A stretch of 64,000 bases of DNA from a virus (Duplodnaviria > Caudoviricetes), in the IMG/VR virus record IMGVR_UViG_3300014205_000003, positions 64,001 to 128,000 of that record; one strand, written 5' to 3'. The notes below the pieces were generated by a model, which was not told where the DNA came from, ran no database searches, and was given only the letters and a program-made list of their open reading frames with translations. A program made the position numbers and the translations under genes. This document shows positions 51,278-62,700 of the stretch, piece by piece. The first letter of the stretch is position 1; every line of letters begins with the position of its first letter.

Positions 51278-52503
51278 TCAATGAACTCCTTTTTCAAGCT
51301 CTCGTAGAAGCTGGTGTAGATCCTGAGATCGTTCGAGAGAATGACTCAGGGTCTTATAAAGTCGATACCATTCCCAGTGGCTTTCAGAAGGGTAAGAAGA
51401 AACTCGCTACAGCCTCAATGATCGACTGGGGTGAATGCATCAGCTTCAAATGTCCTATCTGCGAAGATCACACACGTCGAGCCTTCGTCTCCCACAGGTG
51501 GAATACTCGCCTCGGCAATGTTCAGTTCTCTGACAGACTCTATAAGTGTCACAACGAGGATTGTCAGAAGACTCGTGATATGTACAACTTCTTCAAAGGA
51601 CTCAAACTCCCTGAAGACTATTCCACCGTCTCTGTCAGTCAAGATCCTAAGAAGACTACTAAGGAAGTCAAGGATGCGCAGTTTCTAATCAAGACAGAAG
51701 AGCTTCCTTGGCCCTCTTACAATCTAAGTGATCCCAGAGGTCCCCAGGAGGTCGTTGACTACCTCCAAGCCCGAAATTTCGATATCACAGAGCTCGACAA
51801 GAATTTTGGAGTCCGTAGTGTTCCTGCAGGTGCTGAGTGGAAGTCTGAGACTAAGGTTACAACGTTCCCACAGCCTAGAGTACTAATTCCAGTCTTTCAG
51901 CACATGCACTTGATTGGCTGGCAAGCCAGAAGTATTGAAGCGGGTGTAAAGAAGTTCAAGTACTTGTTTCCTCCGGGTGCTCAGAAGCGTCAATGGCTCT
52001 ATAATTTCGACACAGCACTTCTCTATCCAGAGGTAATCATCTTTGAGGGTGTTACCAATGTTTGGAGAACTGGTCCAGATGCTATTGCTTGTTTTGGCAA
52101 GGGCATCAGTGCAGATCAGATGACTCTGATGAAGCTTGTATGGGGCTTCGACGGAACTGGTGTAATCTGCTTCGATGAAGATGTATACGAGAAGGACATT
52201 GACATACGATTGGCAGGACTTCTCAACTCACAGAGAGTGTTTCCCCTTGGGACAAGTGTTCTACGACTGCGAGGTGGTGATGCCGCAGTGCACACCTGTG
52301 CGCGGATTCGACAGTTGAAGCGTCTCGCACATAGTGTTGCTTCACTCGATGAAGAGGATATTCATGTGATTGACGAGGCGAATGTACCAGAACAAGAAAC
52401 AAGCTCATTGGACGCTCCTCGCTTCACTACAAAGGAATTGCCAAAGATGGTACTTTCTGCGGATGACGACGATGAGGACGACGTCTTTGGGCTGGAGGAA
52501 TAA
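51274..52503 (+). CDS. DNA primase (Zn-binding + TOPRIM)
   Basis: CPIC.D....H..C; YLQARNF; RVLIPV; GWQAR; KY; LYNFD; IFEG; CFDED. Confidence 0.85.
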   Translation: MINELLFQALVEAGVDPEIVRENDSGSYKVDTIPSGFQKGKKKLATASMIDWGECISFKCPICEDHTRRAFVSHRWNTRLGNVQFSDRLYKCHNEDCQKTRDMYNFFKGLKLPEDYSTVSVSQDPKKTTKEVKDAQFLIKTEELPWPSYNLSDPRGPQEVVDYLQARNFDITELDKNFGVRSVPAGAEWKSETKVTTFPQPRVLIPVFQHMHLIGWQARSIEAGVKKFKYLFPPGAQKRQWLYNFDTALLYPEVIIFEGVTNVWRTGPDAIACFGKGISADQMTLMKLVWGFDGTGVICFDEDVYEKDIDIRLAGLLNSQRVFPLGTSVLRLRGGDAAVHTCARIRQLKRLAHSVASLDEEDIHVIDEANVPEQETSSLDAPRFTTKELPKMVLSADDDDEDDVFGLEE

Positions 52504-52854
52504 GTGAACGTACGACCTATACAAACACTCAAAGAAGCAGTAAGTGATTTCCGACGTCTTGGTTGTACGTCCTTACCTCTTAGTCTGGACGAAATTACAC
52601 TGCTTACGAATCTTGCAGAGTCTAAGCACGTGTACAAAGTTCTCAGCGATGCGGAGAGCAAAGCTGAGACACACTGGCACTGCAATCAGACAGATGAATC
52701 TATGAACGAGTATGATAAAGCAGCTGTTGCTGAGTCTGACGCCTGCTTGAAAGAAGAGCAGAGTTATACAGAAGCGCTTGTTGCAGGATTGTTTGGAGAT
52801 GTGCAGATGGACATCATCCCGAATCAGAAACCTTACAAACTGCCGGAGGCCTAG
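52504..52854 (+). CDS. Hypothetical protein
   Basis: RBS GGAGG, GTG start. Confidence 0.55.
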   Translation: MNVRPIQTLKEAVSDFRRLGCTSLPLSLDEITLLTNLAESKHVYKVLSDAESKAETHWHCNQTDESMNEYDKAAVAESDACLKEEQSYTEALVAGLFGDVQMDIIPNQKPYKLPEA

Positions 52855-53310
52855 ATGAACAATCAAGAAGCAATTGTTAAGTGTTTCGAAGCGGCTTCGT
52901 ATGCAATCATGGTTTGGGCCTTCTGCCGCTATGTAGTTGGGAGTAAGGACTGATGAAAGAGTTTGAAGTAGAAGTGCTATGTCAGATTCGAAAACGCGTT
53001 ACATGTCTATGTGAGACAGAAGAACAAGCCCGAGAGAATCCTTGGGAACACGCTGTAGATGAAAGCGAATTATATATGTATGACTGGGAAGTACGAAGCG
53101 TAAAGGAAGTAATATGAAAACTAAGGTGGGGTGTTATAACTGCGGCGTAAAAGCTATTTCTGTTCATGGCTCTGTTCCTGTTAAGTGGTGTAAACTCGAA
53201 AAGCTTGAAGAAAACGATGATACAGGTAAACAGACGTACTCTGTAAAATTCTTCTGCAGCAACGCGTGTCTGATGAACTACTGTCACTGCGTTGACAATG
53301 GAGACGAGGA

Positions 53311-54676
53311 ATGAAGCACAAACCTGTAGATGAACAAATTCGAAACTACAAAGCTTCTGCCCGCTGTCCTATCTGTCGCAGTGAGCAAGTAGAGGAACAC
53401 AACAAGCTCCCTTACAAGAATCGGACTGTGGTGTGTATGGAGTGCATGGACTGTGACGAAGAGTGGTCTGAAGAGTTCTACATGGATGACAGTGATGTAT
53501 GAACACTTTTCACTATGCAGACTTTGAGAGTGTTTGTCCCTATTGCGAGGTAAAAGCTATTCATCTACACAATGACCCTAAGTTGTTTGGTGAAGATCTT
53601 GTTTGTCTGTATTGGCAGTGTTCTGCGTGTGAGGAGGAATGGTGTCAAAACTTTCATGCGGTACCTGACAATGATTCACAAGCCTAACCAGACAGACTTC
53701 TTCAAACGGCCTGACATGTGTCCGTACTGCGAAACCAAAGACCCGCCTACAACAGTTGTCTACAACTACCCCACAGTTGTCAAACAAGTAAAGTGCTGCA
53801 CAAAGTGCTTGAATCATTGGACAGAAGAGTATGTCCTGTGTGGGGTAATCTTTCAAGGAGATAAGGCAAAAGATGAGCTTGACAACTCAACAAATCTGTA
53901 AATGTATGCAGAATCCTAAACAGTGTCCCTATTGTGACAGTGAAGATATCGGCATAGATGACTGCGATGCAGGGTCTGACAAGAAGTGGAAGACAGACAT
54001 CTACGAATGTTATGACTGTCATGGCGTTTGGACGCTTGAGTACAAACTTGAAACAGCATATGGAAATCCATGAAACACACCCTTGAACAACTCAACGAAG
54101 CCATGAAATGCCCTAAGTGCGGAGATCTGGACTGGGACATCGATGATGAGAGCCAGAGTGAATTGACATATCTTCAGTTCTGCATCTGCAAGAAGTGCAA
54201 GACATCTTGGACAAAGACTTACCTCTTTGCCCACATAGACGAACCGCAACCCTTGGAGAACTAAATGAAAACACCAACGTTCCCTTTGACAGATGCTGAG
54301 TACCGCAGGACGCCTGGAATGTGTCCGTTCTGTGGAGGTGAAAACATTACTGGAGAGTCTGTAGATATCAACAGTTATGCCGCCTATCAGGAGATCAACT
54401 GCGCAGATTGCGAAGAAACGTGGTTCGATGTTTACGAACTTCAAGGCTACGAAAGGATTAAGCGTACAGATGAAAATGTCTAATAACCAATTGAAAAAAT
54501 GTCTTGACAATCCTTCAGAGTGTCCTTTCTGCAAAGCAAAAGACATTGTTCTGACTGACAGATTCTTTATCACTGACAGTAACAAGAGCCGAGAGTTCTT
54601 TACTTGTCCTGTCTGTAACAAGTACTGGCTCGTAGAGTTTACAGCCACGTTCGCGGAGATGTTGTATCATGATTAA
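53311..54676 (+). CDS. Array of seven small zinc-ribbon proteins (53311, 53499, 53671, 53873, 54070, 54265, 54476)
   Basis: Each has CP.C ... C..C...W...(Y/F). Confidence 0.85.
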
Positions 54677-55086
54677 ACCTAAAGACCGCTACGACTGGAA
54701 GATTCGTATCAGCGATGGCTTTGCAGAGTATGAGTACAAGTTCTCGTCGCCCATTAGCACTTCCATCTTCTGTGTTCAGGAGGCTGTAAGGAAGCACCTC
54801 CGATGTAATCCTGTAACTGGCACATGTACGAAAGGGACATTCGCACGAATTCAACGAAAGCTGGATCGCGCCTCGAAAAGCTGAACAAGCTTCTCCAAGA
54901 AGTTCAAGCTGAAGGCAAAGGCGACTACATCGCTGTAGAGCCCGAAACCTTGAAAGCTCTCCTTACTACTGCAGACAACGCTGTACAAGAGTTTGGAGAA
55001 GTCTGCGTCTGTGACTACTACAAAGCTGTTAAGTACCTAAACAGTTAACTAACATCAAACAAGAACATAGAAGGTAACAGAAAACA

Positions 55087-55689
55087 ATGAGTACTCTCAC
55101 CACTTCCGCTGCTTCCGAAAATACTGGCAAAATGACTCCGTTCGAGGCTGGTCGTAAAATTATTGAACAGGCTACCAGTGGATATCCCTATGCCGTTGCG
55201 ACCTACAAGGCTTTCATTGCTCAGGGAAACACTCAACAGGATCTTCATCACGCACATCCGCATGTGGCGATGTATTTCTGGAACACTATCAAACTGTTGG
55301 CTGAAAACGTCATTCCAGAACTGCTTGTTGTTGTGATGCCCACAATTGCTCGTACCATGCGGACTCTTTCTCCTAAAGAACAGATGCGAATCTTGAATGA
55401 GGGTGTAGATGTTCGCTCCTCTGATGGGTCGTGCTTGAAAGTTCGTCTTCAATCTCTGACCACGCAGCAACGGCGAATGGTTTTTGCTAAGGATCATATT
55501 CGCACTATTGCAGAACAGCGAAACTGGGTTGAGGGCGAGATCTTGAAGAGGCGTCTGGCTCCAGAAGAGAAACCTGTTATTAAACTGGCAAAGTGGGAAT
55601 ACGTTCAGGGTGGCGTAAACACTCTGGTAACTGGATTTATATCTAACAGTGATATTCTTCGCATGGCAAGACACATTCGTGGTGCGTAA
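55087..55689 (+). CDS. Hypothetical protein
   Basis: 200 aa ORF. Confidence 0.65.
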   Translation: MSTLTTSAASENTGKMTPFEAGRKIIEQATSGYPYAVATYKAFIAQGNTQQDLHHAHPHVAMYFWNTIKLLAENVIPELLVVVMPTIARTMRTLSPKEQMRILNEGVDVRSSDGSCLKVRLQSLTTQQRRMVFAKDHIRTIAEQRNWVEGEILKRRLAPEEKPVIKLAKWEYVQGGVNTLVTGFISNSDILRMARHIRGA

Positions 55690-56270
55690 TGACAGAAGAT
55701 CCTGTTGCGGACTTGTGCAACTTTGTCGAAAACTTTCACAGGAGCTTCTTCGTGACTCCCAAAGAAATTCAACACACAGAGACTCTTAACAGATTACTTG
55801 TTCTTCGAGATAAAGCAAGGTGTTCCAAAGCAGAGTTGTTTGCAGCATACAAAGCTTCAGGTATATCGAAGACAGAAGTAAAAAAGATGCCGAAGTATTC
55901 TAGTTTCTTTGGTATGCTTAAAGACCTATCTAAGCAAATCAAGACTGCTAGGGTTGCCCTATTCCTTACAAAGAAGTGGAAAGATCCAGAAGCGGCATTT
56001 GCCCATAGTGAGTACCTGCGTGCGTATCGCAACCGTCCAGAAATAAGAGAGAAAGCGCGAGAGTATCGCAGGAACTATCAAAGGGTATATAGGACTATCC
56101 CCTCACATAAGGCGAAGAAAGCAGAGTATATGCGTAAATATCAGGCGAGGCCCGAAGTAAAGGAAAGCACCCAGAGAAGTAAAGAAACGAAACGTATGAC
56201 TATGATGATGTTGAACAATGCAATTCTGCTCAATGATTTGAAGAGTGCTGAAAGTAATGTTGCTGCCTAA
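55689..56270 (+). CDS. Basic hypothetical protein with EY.R.Y..RPE repeats
   Basis: Resembles linkers of endonuclease genes but no nuclease motif seen. Confidence 0.55.
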   Translation: MTEDPVADLCNFVENFHRSFFVTPKEIQHTETLNRLLVLRDKARCSKAELFAAYKASGISKTEVKKMPKYSSFFGMLKDLSKQIKTARVALFLTKKWKDPEAAFAHSEYLRAYRNRPEIREKAREYRRNYQRVYRTIPSHKAKKAEYMRKYQARPEVKESTQRSKETKRMTMMMLNNAILLNDLKSAESNVAA

Positions 56271-56499
56271 CAGAGAAAGGAAATATGGAAACACGTAGTC
56301 AATCGGTTCAGTATGCCCTTGAACGTGCCAACTGCTCTCCTGAACGTGCTCCTATCTTCGCCGTTGAGAAGGAGACCATGAGACTCCTTCTAGAACTGGA
56401 GGAGATGGCAGACGCTCAAGGCCATGACAAGGATTGTGACTGTGCTCTCTGCAGGTTCTCGATACACATGAAGACGTTGCTGTAATCAAAGAAAGGAAG

Positions 56500-59400
56500 G
56501 TGTATGTGATCAGTTCCCAAATGTCATCTCAACAAATGACCTTGGGGAACCATCTGTTCCAAGTCGAACTGTGGGATGGTGTCAAAGACCCGCTCCAAGA
56601 CACTCATCTGGTAATCGATACGGAAACTCTACCAATAGTCTTAGGTAAAGTCCCTCCTGTATCAACATTGCAGATGTACTACCCACACTCAGAATTCGTA
56701 CAGATCGTTCAAGGACCAGAAGCTATTCAACTCTACCTCAAGAGAGCTCTGGAACTAAACCCAGGATGTGAAGTGGTAGGGCACAACTTCGCCTTCGACT
56801 TCGAAGTCCTAGGAGGCAGAAGCAATGACCTGCTGATGAAAGCCGTCTCGCAGTCTCGTGCAGTATGCACAGGCATGAGATTTATGCTCAAAGTCATGTC
56901 AGAAGGAAAATGGCAAGACCATCAAAAATGGTCGCTAGATTTCTGCCTTAAAAGCTTCCACGGATTAGTGTTAGAGAAGGATCAAGAGCTTCGACTGTCC
57001 TTCAAGCCTGACGTGCCTCTCACAGATGCTCAAATACACTACGCAGCCTTAGACCCTGTAGCAACTTGGATGGTGTACGAAGCCATGCCAAACAAAATGC
57101 CTACAGAAGGCGTGCAAGTCAAAGGAGCTATCTGCTTAAACCGCATAAGTATCAATGGCTTGAGAGTCAATCGAAAGAAGCTTAAGAGCCTGCAGGAGAA
57201 GTTCGAGAAAGCTGTAAAGCTCCATGAGAACGTCTTGCATGCTTTCGGATACTTCATCAAGGTTAAGAACAACACTCAACGTCTTCAGGCAATCCTGAGA
57301 AACATTGAGTTGCGTTCTGGATTAGTGTTCCCAAGACAGACGAAGAACCCTGATAAGATATGCACAGGTGCTAAACTCGTAGCCTTGTATCCTGATAATG
57401 TTCATCCGTTCCTGTCAGCAGCTAAAGAACAAGCTCATGCTAACAAGATGCTGAGTACGTTCTTGAACGATCGATTCATTGGTGAAGATGAACGTGTTCA
57501 TCCACGAATAAACTCGATGCTTGCTACGACTAGAACAGCTATGTCAGATCCTCCTATGCAGACTATCCCTAAGGGGGACGACATTCGAGGACAGTATGAA
57601 GCGGCTCTAGGTTTCTGTCTGCTTGCATGTGACTATTGTCAGCAGGAGCTCTTAGCACTTGCAGAGAACTGTTTCATCCGATTCGGATTCTCCAAGATGA
57701 TGGAAGTTATCCAATCAGGCGTGGATATCCACAAATGGTTTGGTAAGCTGATCATGCAACAAAGCGGTGGAAACATCAATGATGGTACGGACTATAGACA
57801 ATTGGCTAGAAATACTTGGCCCCTTGCAGTGTGAACTGCATTGAAGAAGTAGGCTAATTCGGTGAACGCTTAACAGGTAATGCTGATGCCAACGCCGAGC
57901 TAAGTGGAAGACTATTCTTCCTAAACGTGTAGAGCACATATACCTGCACTCTCGATTTGAGAGGATAACATGTGCCAGACCACGAACCTCTGAAGGGCGT
58001 CGAAAGACGAAGTGGTAAGAAGTCAACGAATTTCGGTATAGACAAATAACAAACGTTAAAACAGTTTCAAACCCTTTTGTAATTTGCCTGTATATTAGTG
58101 TAGATTCTAAACAAAGGAGACTACGCTATGTTAACAGGCATTTGTGCTTATTGTAAAAAAGAGTTTAAGGCGCAAAGAAGCACGCGACGGTTCTGCTCTA
58201 GTTACTGCAAATCCACATCTGGTTTCAAAGAAAAAGCAGCAAGTATGCCTCCTCACACTTGTATAACATGTGGAACTGTGTATCAACCACAGTGGCCTAA
58301 ACAAGTAAAGTTTTGTAGTCGGAGTTGTGAAGTAACGTACTCACATGCTAATCACTGGTCCATGAAAGACAGGGTTTGTATTACATGTGAGAAGACTTTT
58401 CAATCTCTCCGAAAAGACTGTAAAGAGTGTGAAGATTGTTTTAAGGAACGAACGAGGGCTTCAGTTCTTGCTGCTAGTTTAAAGTATTTCCCTAATCGTA
58501 AACTTGGAATAGGGAGCGGTGGTGGGCAGCACTACGACCCTAGTAAAGGGGCTAGACAAGCCCCTTCTGATTCCACGTATAGACGCAGAGGCCTAGAGGC
58601 TCATGGGAAAGAATGTCAACATTGTGGATTTACGAAGTATCCAGAGATTCTTGTTGTACATCACATAGACATGGACAGGACAAACAGCAATATTGAAAAC
58701 CTTGCTGTACTCTGTCCTAATTGTCATGCGTATTTACATCGAGAACTCAAGAGACGTGTGTGGGCTGGTTACGACATGTCGAAAAATCTTTGCTCCACTG
58801 TTTTTAACGAGATTAGAAATGCCGAAGTAAAATCGCGGAATGAAGCGGGGAACTCCTATCCAACAGTAGGACAATCCGAACCGAAGGCTAGTGGGGACAC
58901 TAGTCAGGGGCAACGCATACCAGCAGAGGAAGAACTCCTATCAGCTGACACGAGGCCGCGAAACTCTTAACAGAGTTAAAAGATATGCTGGACTACAGAT
59001 ATACATAAAACTGTAGAAGCAGAGGATAACAAACCTTTGCGCTAACACAACGTTTCCTGGTGGATTGAGAGAGAAGACCTTCATTGAGTATGCTAAGACG
59101 AATTATGGCGTAACTGTTACCTTTGATCAAGCTGTAATGCTTCGTGAGTTGTGGTTGAAATCTTTCCCTGAAATGGAGTTGCATCTCCAACCAGAGAAAG
59201 ATCCTTCGCATCCTGACATGTTCATTGCCAAGAACATTCAGGGTTGGGTCAAGCCTAATACGATGTACTGTGCTGCCTGCAATGCTGCTTTCCAATCACT
59301 CGCGGCGTCTTCTACTAAGCTTGCTTTGTGGGAGTTGTACAGGAACAACATTCGTACAAACTTGGCTGTGCACGATGAGGCTATTTGCGAGCTCGAGATT

Positions 59401-59772
59401 GGCCCTAACTTGCAGAAGGAAGTTGCGCTTGTACAGGAGTGTATGATCAAGGGTATGGGACGAGTTGTGAAGCATGTTCCTATTCGTGTTGAGTCTGCGT
59501 TGATGATTCAGTGGAACAAGAAGGCTAAGCCGATCTACGGACCTGACGGAGAGACTCTTCTTATATGGACGCCTGACGTGCTTCCATTGACTAAGAAAGA
59601 TCCGAAGGTTGTGGTGAAGGTTGAGGCTTTGCTGAAGAGGCCTGTAGAGGACATGTTGAAGATGGACCCGAAGGAAGTTGCGGATCTTACTCCAGAGGGC
59701 TGGAGACCGCTGTTTAACCACAAAAATGAGGGGCTGTACGGATGGCAACCTCTTGCGTCAGCATATAACTGA
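56500..59772 (+). CDS. polA: Family A DNA polymerase; exons 56500-57807, 58020-58037, 59053-59772 (~681 aa)
   Basis: ExoI IDTET, ExoII GHNFAFD, ExoIII YAALD, motif A DYCQQEL, spliced motif B RQLA|KSTNFG|FPGG, motif C VHDE. Confidence 0.92.
57808..58019 (+). ncRNA. ORF-less group I intron 1 of polA (212 nt)
   Basis: Exon ends GCT; P2 with GTGA loop; AATTCGGTGAA/AACGCCGAGC; P3 GTAGG/CCTGC; P7 GCACA/TGTGC; terminal G58019. Confidence 0.85.
58038..59052 (+). mobile_element. Group I intron 2 of polA with an HNH gene starting in the P1 loop
   Basis: P1 ATTTCGGT/GCCGAAGT(58821); P3 CGCGG/CCGCG; P7 GCATA/TATGC; terminal G59052. Confidence 0.88.
58128..58970 (+). CDS. Intron-encoded HNH endonuclease with Cys-rich repeats
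   Basis: C..C.K.F...FCS..C repeats; LVVHHIDMDRTNSNIENLAVLCPNCH. Confidence 0.9.
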   Translation: MLTGICAYCKKEFKAQRSTRRFCSSYCKSTSGFKEKAASMPPHTCITCGTVYQPQWPKQVKFCSRSCEVTYSHANHWSMKDRVCITCEKTFQSLRKDCKECEDCFKERTRASVLAASLKYFPNRKLGIGSGGGQHYDPSKGARQAPSDSTYRRRGLEAHGKECQHCGFTKYPEILVVHHIDMDRTNSNIENLAVLCPNCHAYLHRELKRRVWAGYDMSKNLCSTVFNEIRNAEVKSRNEAGNSYPTVGQSEPKASGDTSQGQRIPAEEELLSADTRPRNS

Positions 59773-59785
59773 GAAAAGATGAAGT

Positions 59786-62700
59786 ATGCAGAGCTTTGAT
59801 CAATTGCTTGTGGAAGATAGTCTTAAGTATCCTTGGTGGGTTGTTTCATTGGACAAAGAGGGCAAGGTCTTGATGGCGATGGCATATAAGACACGTGCAG
59901 AAGCTCGTACGTACATGCGGAACTGGAAAGGCATTTCTGCTCCAACTTTACACAAGCGCGTTCTTGGAACTCGAATGGAAATGCAGTTTATCAAGGAGTC
60001 AAAATGATGTGCAGAGACAAAACGTTTAATGGTCGTAAGGGCTGGTGGGTTCTGCGTGTTAAGGACGGTGAAGTGTTGAGTGCGGAAAATTTCGATACTA
60101 GGAAGTGGGCGCGTTTTGCTAAGCAGACTCGTCAGTCTGACGCTACGTCCAAAGTTAAAGACGCTACTTATGTGATTGTCAGGAATTTCGTATGCGGTGG
60201 AGACTGCGGGTGAGATACGTTGTAGGCATTACGCAGAGATTAACACGCTATCACGAGATTGTAGTAGAAGCAAAGAACATGCGAGAAGCTTCTGAAAAAG
60301 CTTTCTCTGCCGCTGAGGATTACGAACACTGGGACGAATGTGACGAAGCAGATCATGATTATCTGGTCGATTCAATAAACAAAGAAACAAAGGACACCGA
60401 CTAATGCAGTACACCCTCATCAACGCTGACACTAATGTTAAGCTCGTCGTCAAAACCCTCAAGGGCTTTACCGTAGAGACTAAGTATGTTGCAGACGGAA
60501 CGAAGCTGGATGCCTTCGTGTATCTTCGTGCTGAAAGTGGCGATCGCTACTTCCTCGACTGCAAGAATGCTTCCAGTGGCTTCTTGGTTCGTAAGAACGA
60601 GAGTTATGTCGTCTACTGCGAGTCTCTCACGACTATCTGCAGTGGTCGTCAGTTCGCTGTGGAGATGCTCAAGGCTTACGCAGACTTGTATGCAGACTCT
60701 GTCAAGAAGTTGATTGCTCTGGATGTGGACGACGAGAAGTTCTTCAAGGCTGAAGCAGACTCCTTGAATCAGTGTGAGAAGTTCAACAACGTGATGAAAG
60801 AGACTGCTAAGCGGTCGCACAAGAAAGGTGGGAAGTAACATGACTTTGAAAAGCACTTGGGACAGACTTCTGCGAAAGTTCAACAAGCCGTCTTCAGATG
60901 CTCGTCGGATTGAAGTTCCTGAGGCCAATGTGGACGCTCTGCTGAGTCTATGGGACAAACACAAAGTTCAAGGGTCTATAAAGAACGCGTTGGAGTTGGA
61001 TAAGTACGCTTTTCAGATCTGTCCAGCGATGACGGAGTGGGGTGGAGATGCCGACTGGAATCTACATGTCGGTAATGGTAAGTTGTGGATTGTGGAAGAT
61101 GTCTGAGAAAGAGTTGACAGAGCTTCTTTACAGGTGTCATCCGTTTTTGATTCATTCTCTTTGTACTATTCCAAAGGACAACAGAGAATACAAAGATGCG
61201 GTGGCACTTGTTGAAGAAGTGAATACTGTTCTTTACGGTGATATTGACAAACTCCTTACAAAACACTCAAACAACAAGGAACAAAGCAAATGACAACAGA
61301 AACCAAAGTGGAAGAGAAACCTGTGGAAGCTAAGACGGAGCCCGTTAAGGTTAAGCGTGAACCTATGAAGGGCTTGAAGGCTTTGCGTGCTGTTAGTGAC
61401 AAGAAGCCGTCTTTTGTCTGTGAGAACTGCAAGTGTGTTCGCTACAGTAAGTGTGGCTGCAAGAAGAACCAGTAAGATGTTGAAGTACTATGTAAAGTGT
61501 AGAGGGGAAACCGTATCTGACGCTAGAGTTATTCCTTCGTACTTGAAAATAGGCAACAGCCTTTGTACATGTCCTCCAATCTATGCTAGAGCGGCAGCTG
61601 AGCACTTTGACAGCTACGACGACGTTCGTGGTGTCATATCATGGCCTCTCAACTTCACAATTGTGGATGAAGAGGAGAAGGAGTGGACGATTCGCGTCGA
61701 CAAGATTACAGAACCTATCTATGTGGTTATGGAGACCGAGGAATAATGCTTAAGTACTACATCAAAGAGTATGGTAATGGACCTGAGGATGCTCAAGAGC
61801 TTCCTTCAGGTGTCTGGAACTGTGATACAGATTGTGCTGAGGACTTTGCAGAAGCTGCCGCAGCTTATGATCACGATCACCATGATGGCTGGGAATGTAC
61901 TTGGCCTATTGTCTATACTGTTGTCTACGACGACGGTACAGAAGTAGATCTTGAGGTAGAGCGAGAGTTTGATCCTATCTTTTCTGCGTGTGAGGTACAT
62001 CGTGCAAAAGACTAAAGTCGTCATCTACGTAGCTGGAGGAGTCGTTCAGGAAGTTCTGTCAAACGATCCAGAGATTGAGATCGTACTGATGGACCAAGAC
62101 AACTGGGACGAAGATCCAGACAGTGTTGGACTGTTTGACGAAGCCTATGCAGTTGCTGTCAAAGATACAGACTGTGTGCCCTTCTGATGAAACCCTCAAC
62201 TGTTCGCAGATCTTTGGAGCTTCAAGGTCTTGGCAAAACTTTGGAGCTCGCAAAGGTCGTGGAAGTAAGTAAAACACAAGGTCGAATGTTTCTGTACATT
62301 GAGGAGATTGAAGGAACAGACACTTGGCGTCTGACATACGACAAGAGACTTATTCCAGAGATCCGAGACTTACAGAGCATTCGAATAGTACGAGAGGATG
62401 TCTGAATGACGAAAAAACGAAAGAGTGTTGATGTAACTACGTTGCTTGAAAATCTGGAATGGCAACTAAAACGAAACGAAGACATGTTGAAGAAAGTTGT
62501 AGAAGAGCATAGTTATGGTGCAGCTAATTATCGCGATGGGATAATCACAGGATTGCACATAGCTATCTCAGAACTTCAGAGTGTTGCACATGTCTAATGT
62601 AAGCGGAGCACTGCCATGTCCTACACAAATCTAAGTAGCGTTGACTGTCATACGAAGAAGCGACGAACCTGTGAGTGGTGTGGAGAAGTAATCTTTGCAG

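Larger units (their letters stand above)
2611..52307 (+). repeat. Dispersed motif (AC/GT)GCACA-NN-TGTGC(GCG); cores at 2616, 3139, 8483, 17631, 24827, 39957, 52290, core only at 35711
   Basis: Read directly at each position. Confidence 0.85.

Noticed and set aside
44335-59772. Helicase and polA as pseudogenes, or stop-codon recoding
   Set aside because: The interruptions are fully explained by group I introns, and TAA, TAG and TGA all act as normal stops in coupled genes.
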